Below the pieces are notes generated by a model. It worked only from the letters and a program-made list of their open reading frames with translations, made no database searches and had not been told where the DNA came from. The translations under genes and the position numbers were made by a program. A stretch of 64,000 nt of DNA from Patescibacteria group bacterium (GTDB lineage Bacteria; Patescibacteriota; Dojkabacteria; JAHIVN01): NCBI GenBank assembly GCA_043816305.1, contig JBDRHZ010000023.1, forward strand, positions 7,720-71,719. Direction: 5' to 3'. Positions 9,649-16,572 of this stretch are shown here, one piece after another. How positions within the stretch are numbered: position 1 is the stretch's first letter; the number at the start of each line of letters is the position of its first letter.

Positions 9649-9752
9649 GTGTTTGTTATCTCGAATGGTAGAGTAGTCCCGCTTTGCGGGATTGGTTGTG
9701 GGTTTCCGCCTTCGCTGAGGCTTCGTCGGACAGGCGAGTCTCACCGCCCTCA
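9649..9752 (+). pseudogene. Degenerate tRNA-like copy with a 30-nt GC-rich insertion in the T loop
   Basis: It retains AATGGTAGAG, TTGGTTGTGGGTT and CGAGTCTCACCGCCCTCA, which are co-linear with tRNA-Lys 35 nt upstream. The 5' acceptor strand cannot pair. The anticodon region forms a 6-bp/3-nt hairpin (TCCCGC-TTT-GCGGGA). Positions 9705-9734 (TCCGCCTTCGCTGAGGCTTCGTCGGACAGG) interrupt the T loop. Confidence 0.65.
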
Positions 9753-9860
9753 TCCTTCGACAAGCTCAGGACAAGGTTCTTCTTTTCGATTTAGTCAGGG
9801 AGTGATACTGGGCTCGCTGAATTCCTGTTTAATAGGATTGATGATTAAGAATTATTCTCT

Positions 9861-10640
9861 TTAGCAATAAAAATAGCTTTTATCTCCTTTGATTTTTAGT
9901 TCTTCAGCTTTAAATAACCCTCTTATTTTAAATTTCAATTCGAAAATTTCTTTCAACGTTTCCTTGAATTCGGGTATCCCTTCTAAATCCTCTTCTTCTC
10001 CATTAGAAACTGGAACCAGAAACTCCTTCTCCATACTAATCTCACTTCCCTTATAAAAAATCCGTCTAGTCTTAATCAAAGACGGATCCAAGATCGGTGG
10101 AACAAGTGAAGATGTAATGAAATTTGTTTCTCGACTTCCAATTATCTTTTGATTAATAGGCTTGATTCCAATGATACTCATCCCAAATTCACGCATAAGA
10201 AGTCTTATCGATGGCAAATTGTTTATTCTTACTACAGAGGTCTTTTCCAATTCCGATGGAATTTTCTTAATGATATACCTGCAAATCCGGGATCCTATAT
10301 GTTGATTTTGATACTCGGGGAGAACAGCTATCCAAGAGATATACATTTGCTCACCCTCAATAAATTTGATATCGTCATGAGTATAGCTTTTGCCTAGTTC
10401 TTTTAGCTGCCGCAGCTTAGGCTGAAGAATATTCTCTTCTACTTTGTCATCAAAACATTTATACATTACTTCGATCAATCCAACCACTTTTTCACCTAGT
10501 TGCGCGAAGTAGAACTGCCCATATCCCTTTTCTACCACCAAAGAGTACTCTTCTTTGATTAAGGGTACTCCAAACTGCGTGAGTTTTTCGAAATCTTTCA
10601 TTTCCGCTGGACGGAACGTAAGCTCGTTGTTCATTGTCAT
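9861..10640 (-). CDS. GNAT-family N-acetyltransferase with an uncharacterised C-terminal extension
   Basis: YISWIAVLPEYQNQHIGSRICRYIIKK matches GNAT motif A (Q/RxxGxG/A-like). 259 aa. Confidence 0.6.
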   Translation of the reverse strand: MTMNNELTFRPAEMKDFEKLTQFGVPLIKEEYSLVVEKGYGQFYFAQLGEKVVGLIEVMYKCFDDKVEENILQPKLRQLKELGKSYTHDDIKFIEGEQMYISWIAVLPEYQNQHIGSRICRYIIKKIPSELEKTSVVRINNLPSIRLLMREFGMSIIGIKPINQKIIGSRETNFITSSLVPPILDPSLIKTRRIFYKGSEISMEKEFLVPVSNGEEEDLEGIPEFKETLKEIFELKFKIRGLFKAEELKIKGDKSYFYC

Positions 10641-10706
10641 ATCAGATTGATTATACTAGAATAGCTTAATCATTTGAATCCGAAGTTTTGCACTTTTCAA
10701 ATATCG

Positions 10707-10715
10707 TGATAAAAT
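10707..10715 (+). promoter_or_regulatory. Candidate extended -10 element TGATAAAAT upstream of tRNA-Asn
   Basis: Identical 9-mer to those upstream of infB and def. It lies 53 nt before the tRNA 5' end. Confidence 0.4.
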
Positions 10716-10767
10716 CTCTCCATCATTTTTTGTAGGACGAAAGTATTCAAAACTGATGAATATATGA

Positions 10768-10839
10768 TCCGAGGTAGCTCAATGGTAGAGCTGTCGACTG
10801 TTAATCGATCGGTTGTGGGTTCGAGTCCCACCCTCGGAG
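10768..10839 (+). tRNA. tRNA-Asn (anticodon GUU)
   Basis: Manual cloverleaf: acceptor TCCGAGG/CCTCGGA, D arm GCTC-AATGGTA-GAGC, anticodon arm GTCGA-CTGTTAA-TCGAT, T arm GTGGG-TTCGAGT-CCCAC, discriminator G. No encoded CCA. Confidence 0.9.
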
Positions 10840-10913
10840 CATTTCACTCTCAATTTCCTGGTACAATTCCCGATTTCATGCTATACATAAGCATAATTTA
10901 GTCTTCAAATCGT

Positions 10914-11318
10914 ATGTGGATATGTCAAAAGTGCGAGAGAATTTTCCAAAAAGCAAAACAGCCTCACAGCTGTAAAAAGGTTTCTTTAGAAAGTCATTTC
11001 ACAGGAAAAGAGAAATCAAAGGATTTATTTGACTTTTTATTCAAGCAGATAGAAAAGAACATTGGTAAATGCAAGATAATTTCTATGCCCTGTTGTGTCC
11101 ACTTGTTTGGGAAATATGATTTCCTAGCGGCTTTACCTAAAAAAGATAAGTTGGAAATAAGGTTTGCATTAGACAGAAAACTTGATAGCCCTAGGTTAAA
11201 GATTTGTGTACCCATGTCCTCTAAAGTTTTTAAGAATTGCTTTGAGGTACAGTCAAGATCAGAAATTGACAAAGAGTTCTTGGGATGGATAAGAGAGTCG
11301 TATCACCAGAAAGACTAA
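10914..11318 (+). CDS. DUF5655-like protein with N-terminal zinc-ribbon-like CxxC...HxC
   Basis: The MWICQKCERIFQKAKQPHSC start, followed by ...HLFGKYDFLAALPKKDKLEIRFAL, resembles the DUF5655 family pattern as remembered. Confidence 0.5.
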   Translation: MWICQKCERIFQKAKQPHSCKKVSLESHFTGKEKSKDLFDFLFKQIEKNIGKCKIISMPCCVHLFGKYDFLAALPKKDKLEIRFALDRKLDSPRLKICVPMSSKVFKNCFEVQSRSEIDKEFLGWIRESYHQKD

Positions 11319-11518
11319 CTACTTTCCAATTAAAGAATCAACCTCTGGAACAAAGGAAAATTATTAAAATCTCGGATTCCATACACTTTAGATCAAGCGG
11401 TTTGTTACATGTGGGTGGCATGTTCTTATGTGAGGTTTGGGGTGAGGCAACTCCCTGTTTTTGATTTCTGTAGGTGTGGTGTATTCTGTTGGAATCTGCC
11501 TCACCTCAAAGATTTTTG

Positions 11519-11550
11519 CATACTTTTTTACTCAAAAAAGTATGTGTTTT
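11519..11550 (+). terminator. Possible intrinsic terminator after the 10914-11318 gene (A/T-rich stem)
   Basis: CATACTTTTTT-ACTC-AAAAAAGTATG is a perfect 11-bp stem followed by TGTTTT. The stem is almost all A-T, so its stability is doubtful. Confidence 0.3.
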
Positions 11551-11665
11551 AGTTCTTTACAAAAAGAACATCTACGATATTACGTATAAACCAAATTATA
11601 AAAACGTTCAAAGTTCAAATATTACCCGCATTTAATACATCCAGGCTTTCTGATATACTTTCGCC

Positions 11666-12511
11666 ATGCACGAAGAACTCGAATTTGCTAAAAAGTTGGC
11701 ACTCGAATCCGGCAAAGTAATGCTGAAGTATTTTAATAAAGAGGTAAAGTCCAGATATAAATCAGACTTGTCCATAGTCACAATAGCTGATGAAGAAATC
11801 AACAGAAATGTAATCTCATCAATTTCAGCGCAATTCCCCGACCACTCAGTTCTAGGAGAGGAAGAAAGCTCGGACAAGAAATCTGATAAAGTCTGGCTCT
11901 GCGATCCGATTGACGGCACCTGGCCTTATGCAAAGGGCATTCCTGTTGCCTCTTTCTCGCTAGCCTTGGTCAAACAAGGAGTTTCCCAGCTAGGAGTAGT
12001 ATATGACCCCTTTATGAAAAGATTATACTCAGCCGTAAAGGGAAAAGGCGCATTTCTGAATAGCAAAAAGATCTTGGTGAGCAATTTAGATACGAAACAT
12101 GCAACAGTCAACATGGAATGGTGGCCCAAAGCTAAATACGATATTGCTGCAACTATGCATAAATTCTCAATTGACACTTCTGCCTACGTTCTACATCTTG
12201 GAAGCGTCATTACTGCATCATGTTTAGTAGCCTCGGGCCAGTATGAGGCTTGCGTTTATGCAGGGACAAAAGGCAAAAGTATTGACATAGCAGCTATCAA
12301 AGTAATCGTCGAGGAAGCAGGCGGGAAAGTAACCGATCTTTTTGGTAACGAACAGCGCTACATTCAAGATATCAAAGGGGCTGTTGTTTCAAATGGAGTG
12401 ATACACGAAAAAATTCTTGAGTATACAAACGGCTTAGGAGCAACCAAAAAAATTTGTATTTCTTCTCTGGCATCAGAGTTCAACTCTGCTACTAGGAAAG
12501 TTTCTTCATAA
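11666..12511 (+). CDS. Inositol monophosphatase family protein (SuhB/IMPase-like)
   Basis: Contains VLGEEE and WLCDPIDGT metal-binding motifs typical of the IMPase/FBPase fold. 281 aa. Confidence 0.8.
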   Translation: MHEELEFAKKLALESGKVMLKYFNKEVKSRYKSDLSIVTIADEEINRNVISSISAQFPDHSVLGEEESSDKKSDKVWLCDPIDGTWPYAKGIPVASFSLALVKQGVSQLGVVYDPFMKRLYSAVKGKGAFLNSKKILVSNLDTKHATVNMEWWPKAKYDIAATMHKFSIDTSAYVLHLGSVITASCLVASGQYEACVYAGTKGKSIDIAAIKVIVEEAGGKVTDLFGNEQRYIQDIKGAVVSNGVIHEKILEYTNGLGATKKICISSLASEFNSATRKVSS

Positions 12512-12995
12512 AAAACACCGCACTCCCATTTTCGTAATAATACCTAAGAATTCCAGTCCTCTTATAGCCCAATTTCTCATAGAATTTCTGCGTTTCAGTC
12601 ATCAGCTCATGTACATTCAAAACAATACTTTTTGCACCCATAAGTTTTGCCTCTTTTTCAACAGCCTCCATAAGATCAGAGCCTAATCCTTTGTTACGGT
12701 GTTCCGGCAGAACACCGAGATTAAATACCTCACATTTCTTTCCATCCGGCCATGTTAGCGGATTTTGTTTGCCGACAATAGCAGCTCCTACTAGCTTACC
12801 ATCTTCTTCTGCTACTATAATGCGCGAGTGCTTCAGGTAGTCCCTCAGTTCATCTATCCCAAACCATTCACGAAGCGACTGACCATTGTTTTCGTCAAAC
12901 TTCTCCTCGTCTTGTTCTACCAAATCAAGAAAACAGGCAGTAAAAAGAAGTTCCAGCTCATGGATTGCGACTTTATTGTCAGTAAATATTTTCAT
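12492..12995 (-). CDS. GNAT-family N-acetyltransferase
   Basis: 167 aa. LGVLPEHRNKGLGSDLMEAVEKEAK is GNAT motif A. Confidence 0.8.
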   Translation of the reverse strand: MKIFTDNKVAIHELELLFTACFLDLVEQDEEKFDENNGQSLREWFGIDELRDYLKHSRIIVAEEDGKLVGAAIVGKQNPLTWPDGKKCEVFNLGVLPEHRNKGLGSDLMEAVEKEAKLMGAKSIVLNVHELMTETQKFYEKLGYKRTGILRYYYENGSAVFFMKKLS

Positions 12996-13052
12996 CTTTC
13001 ATAGAATTAACTAATCCTAAATCACAGATTTGAACTCCGCCACAAAATATCC

Positions 13053-13592
13053 CTAAACCTGTTTCCCAATTTCCCTCTCCAAATATTCCTTGTCCTCAGG
13101 TTCGAGCATCTTGATAAGTGTCTCGTCATTTGAAACATCGATATCATTCTTTTTGAGCAGCAGCGTCAAAAGTTCAAGGCATTTTGTCACCTTCTCTTCA
13201 GCAACGATATCTATCCTCGCATCTATCTCCGACCTCAGATCGTTTACTTTTGTCTCTCTGTTCTGCGAGATAAGAACTGCAGTTGAAAGAAGTATCGCTT
13301 CCAGCGAAACTATCATCGTCAAAAGCCCAAACGGATAAGGGTCAAATGGTTCGATTCCGGGAATTAACTCTGTATTGATAGCAATCCAGGCGATGAACCA
13401 AATAACATTAATGACAAGGAAAGGAATACTGCCGGAAAAAGCAGTAATTGTATCAGCATACTTGTCTGCAACTGATCGGTTCCGCTTTGCATTTTCCTTA
13501 AACGTCTGGATTATCTCATTTACATCTTTTCTAACCTCAGCATACTTTTTCCTGCGAAATGTAAGGATATCTAAAAGTTTTTTGCCGCCCAT
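13053..13592 (-). CDS. DUF1003-family membrane protein
   Basis: ADKYADTITAFSGSIPFLVINVIWFIAWIAIN...DPYPFGLLTMIVSLEAILLSTAVLISQNR matches the DUF1003 pattern, followed by a coiled C-terminal part. Confidence 0.7.
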   Translation of the reverse strand: MGGKKLLDILTFRRKKYAEVRKDVNEIIQTFKENAKRNRSVADKYADTITAFSGSIPFLVINVIWFIAWIAINTELIPGIEPFDPYPFGLLTMIVSLEAILLSTAVLISQNRETKVNDLRSEIDARIDIVAEEKVTKCLELLTLLLKKNDIDVSNDETLIKMLEPEDKEYLEREIGKQV

Positions 13593-13680
13593 AACTTAAG
13601 CGTTTAAGAATTTATATTCAAAGGTAAATTTAGAATGATTTCGAGGTAATGTCAATGTAGAATGTTCAGTAGGATGTCTT

Positions 13681-13809
13681 TTACTTCAGTTTCTTTCTCA
13701 AAAACACCGCAGTCAACCATATGAGGTTGAACACACCAATCCCAAGGGGACCGTAGCTTACAGCAAAAAGCACAAAAAGCAGTATGTAGATAACTATTAT
13801 TTTAGACAT
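13681..13809 (-). CDS. Possible 42-aa hydrophobic peptide (below the ORF-track size cutoff)
   Basis: Minus-strand ATG at 13807-13809 to TAA at 13681-13683: MSKIIVIYILLFVLFAVSYGPLGIGVFNLIWLTAVFLRKKLK. It has two hydrophobic segments and a basic tail. There is no homology support. Confidence 0.3.
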   Translation of the reverse strand: MSKIIVIYILLFVLFAVSYGPLGIGVFNLIWLTAVFLRKKLK

Positions 13810-13904
13810 AATCAGTAATCAGTATACCGCCGTGCCTGCCGGCAGGCAAGTAATCTGTAAACCTTAGACAGCAGCCGTTGATCTTAGTTCTTAAATCCTA
13901 ATCC
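13807..13904. repeat. Heptamer-phased degenerate tandem repeat enclosing a perfect 16-nt palindrome
   Basis: Read in 7-nt phase: CATAATC AGTAATC AGTATAC CGCCGTG CCTGCCG GCAGGCA AGTAATC TGTAAAC CTTAGAC AGCAGCC GTTGATC TTAGTTC TTAAATC CTAATCC. The palindrome TGCCTGCCGGCAGGCA lies at 13833-13848. Confidence 0.65.
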
Positions 13905-14099
13905 CAAATCAACTCGATCAATTTAATCATATCGATTACTTCGAGCATTATTCTCTTGCTTGATACTGTTGAGTATTTGTTGATCAAGTTAATCGGTCGT
14001 CACTTAGTTGTCCTCTGGTTAAACAGAAGGTTCCCGGTCTTTAGCTCAAGGCTCATGGCCCACGAGCACATTGGGCCATTAGCTCATTGGCTCACTAGC

Positions 14100-14864
14100 T
14101 CAACTATACTTCGCCAGCTTATCAAATGCCTGCACTGTGATACTCTTCTCCGCCCGATCTTTTTCTGTAAGACCGAGCTTTTTGGCCGCACCGAAAATTT
14201 CTCTGAGCGCTTTGTCTCTATCTTTAAATGTAGTTATTTCTATCTCAACGCCAGCCCCAAACCCTTTTATGTCATCTATGCAGACCTTGAAGTTTCCCAG
14301 TTTATAAACTATCCGATCCTTGTCGATAGTCAAAAATTCTTTTCTATCAAGTAATTCCAAAAGTCTTTCTGTACTTTCGGCCGAGTCAACATATATTTCG
14401 GCCTCTAAGAAAGTATTGTGGTTCATATCCTCTTTTGTAAGCCGTTTTGCTTCAAGACTGACAGTGATCTTTCCTGTATAGCCGTTGTCCTGCTCGCGGA
14501 TTCTAATTCCGCATCCGCGGTTTTTATCAAACCATTCTTCCTGCTGCTCAGCTGATTTTATCCTATTTGGTATATACCAATGGTCTATAATGTGGCCATG
14601 ATAGACTACTTTTGATCCAAGATTGATAAGTTTTTTCTCAAGCAAAGTTCTATTCTTCAATAAGTATCTAAGCTCTATTTCAATTCTGTCATTGTTCTGA
14701 ATCTGGGGAGATAAAAATAAATCCAGATCTTCCCTCTTTATCCTCACTACCCTGCCGATCTTGTGTGCCCGTAGATCCCCGCATTTAATGTGATTACGCA
14801 CTGTCTGCCAGTGAACCTGAAGAAGCTTTGCAGCCTCTTTGATTGTTAAAAGGGTATCACTCAT
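14100..14864 (-). CDS. Fusion protein: excisionase/MerR-type HTH DNA-binding domain plus CYTH (class IV adenylyl cyclase / triphosphate tunnel) domain
   Basis: The N-terminus LLTIKEAAKLLQVHWQTVRNHIKCGDLRAHKIGRVVRIKREDLDLFL is an excisionase-family HTH. It is followed by EIELRY (ExExK-type signature with R), GIRIRE..., and a C-terminal VCIDDIKGFGAGVEIEI typical of CyaB-like CYTH proteins. Confidence 0.75.
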   Translation of the reverse strand: MSDTLLTIKEAAKLLQVHWQTVRNHIKCGDLRAHKIGRVVRIKREDLDLFLSPQIQNNDRIEIELRYLLKNRTLLEKKLINLGSKVVYHGHIIDHWYIPNRIKSAEQQEEWFDKNRGCGIRIREQDNGYTGKITVSLEAKRLTKEDMNHNTFLEAEIYVDSAESTERLLELLDRKEFLTIDKDRIVYKLGNFKVCIDDIKGFGAGVEIEITTFKDRDKALREIFGAAKKLGLTEKDRAEKSITVQAFDKLAKYS

Positions 14865-15008
14865 TGTAAGTAGTAGTAAATGTATTGATATATGATTATA
14901 TAAGGATATGGTTTAGAAAACAAGCTTATGTTATCATATATTGTAATAATATAACTTGTTACTGTGTTCCTAAAATTTAGTTATAATGTACAATATTGAA
15001 GTAAATTT

Positions 15009-16442
15009 ATGTTATCAGCAGATTCACCAGAACAAAGGACATTTGGAGAAAGATTAGAAAGATGGACATTTAATAATATTGGCCGGGTTTACCATACAGA
15101 AAGTGGACAAGTGTTCGGCACAAAGGATTATATGAAAAGATTACAAAGGTTAGTCCGTAAAGGAAAGGCTACAAGGCTAGAACTATTTGATTATTATACT
15201 GGATGTGGATTATTTGTTTTACTTGGACTTCTTACAGTAAGTAAACTCACGAAAAGAATCCCTATTCCTAAGGTGCCAGAACTCCGAAAAAACCATAGAG
15301 CGGAAAAAGTCACTCGATCACCTATTCCTTTACAACGAAGTAATGACCCCGTTAAAATCGCTACCCCCGCACATCAGCGTTTAGACCATGGTATGACACA
15401 TATCGAAGCAGTTCAAGAATTTGTAAATAATGGCACATTATACTTGGCATTAACTCAAGCTGCTGAAAATTTGACAAGAACTGATTTTTTGGAAATTACT
15501 TCAGTCTCTCAAGCCATAGTATCAAATACACCCAGAGAAACCTTAAGAGATGTTGCAGAGACACAGGGCATATCGTTATCAAAACTAGACATTGAATATG
15601 CACAACTTATGTCTATTACAGTACATATGGCTGCTTACAACATAATTGAGTTAGATAGAGCAAGACTTCCAGATATAGTGGCCGTATGCATAGACAAGGT
15701 TGTTAGAACAGAAAGACATAGCGCATTAAAAAGAGCTGTTATACGATCTTTCAGCAGACAGCTCGTTGTTGCAGTTGGCTACACTAATGTTGTTGCAGCA
15801 AGACAAGTTAAGGACAAAGCAGCTCCCCAAGAACGACAGGTTGCAAGTAGAGAAGTTAGACTATCAGCTGATCAGGCTAGAATGCAATTCCGAGATCGTA
15901 TAGCGCATATGATAGAAGAAGAGGATATAGAATTAGAGGATGAAGATACTCTTACAGAATATTTCTGCAAATTAGTAACAAACGCTGAAACTCTTGATGA
16001 TATTTCTTGGTTCTTAAAAGAATTCCAAGCTTATGTCCCTCACAGAGAGGAGCCCGCTCCTGCAAAAGCTACAAACGACAGAACCTTTTCTCTCATTGAG
16101 CTCATTGCAGTTATCGAAGAATCGTCGATCAATCCATCAAGAGGCCGTCTCGCTTTGTATCAGAACTTATTTGGCCTGGCGCTACACTCTTTCTTTGAGC
16201 AATACGGAGACGCTAGACAGAGGGGACTATACCAAAATCAAACTCCTCACAAAATGGCGATGAGAACGCCTGAGAGATACGGAGATGGAAGGTGGCGAAA
16301 AGACGCCAATCACAGTAGAATTCTGTATGTTGCCTACATTCACACCCCATTACCTATTGACGGGAAATTTGCTTGGCCTTTTGCAGTATTCCAAAAAAAG
16401 TCAGGAGTCAGAAGCAAGGGGGAATCTTTCTTCCCTTTGTAA
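15009..16442 (+). CDS. Hypothetical protein, 477 aa, one predicted TM helix, no recognisable domain
   Basis: Long uninterrupted ORF divergent from the HTH-CYTH gene. Hydrophobic segment GCGLFVLLGLLTV. R/A/E-rich and visibly less AT-rich than its neighbours. Confidence 0.55.
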   Translation: MLSADSPEQRTFGERLERWTFNNIGRVYHTESGQVFGTKDYMKRLQRLVRKGKATRLELFDYYTGCGLFVLLGLLTVSKLTKRIPIPKVPELRKNHRAEKVTRSPIPLQRSNDPVKIATPAHQRLDHGMTHIEAVQEFVNNGTLYLALTQAAENLTRTDFLEITSVSQAIVSNTPRETLRDVAETQGISLSKLDIEYAQLMSITVHMAAYNIIELDRARLPDIVAVCIDKVVRTERHSALKRAVIRSFSRQLVVAVGYTNVVAARQVKDKAAPQERQVASREVRLSADQARMQFRDRIAHMIEEEDIELEDEDTLTEYFCKLVTNAETLDDISWFLKEFQAYVPHREEPAPAKATNDRTFSLIELIAVIEESSINPSRGRLALYQNLFGLALHSFFEQYGDARQRGLYQNQTPHKMAMRTPERYGDGRWRKDANHSRILYVAYIHTPLPIDGKFAWPFAVFQKKSGVRSKGESFFPL

Positions 16443-16572
16443 AAGATCTCTGGTAATACAACCCCTTCCTTTTCGAATATCAACAGTACTAATATTCAAT
16501 AACTTCGCAATTCGAGAAAGCAAGCAGCTCAAGTTCCTAGAAATCAAGAAACAAATGAAGTAAAATGATCCT

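Noticed and set aside
9607-9864. 85-aa ORF (MWVRVPPPSFHLNK...) in the ORF track
   Set aside because: It starts inside tRNA-Lys and runs through the tRNA-like copy and the GC-rich elements. Its P/R/G-rich sequence is a translation artefact of structured non-coding DNA.
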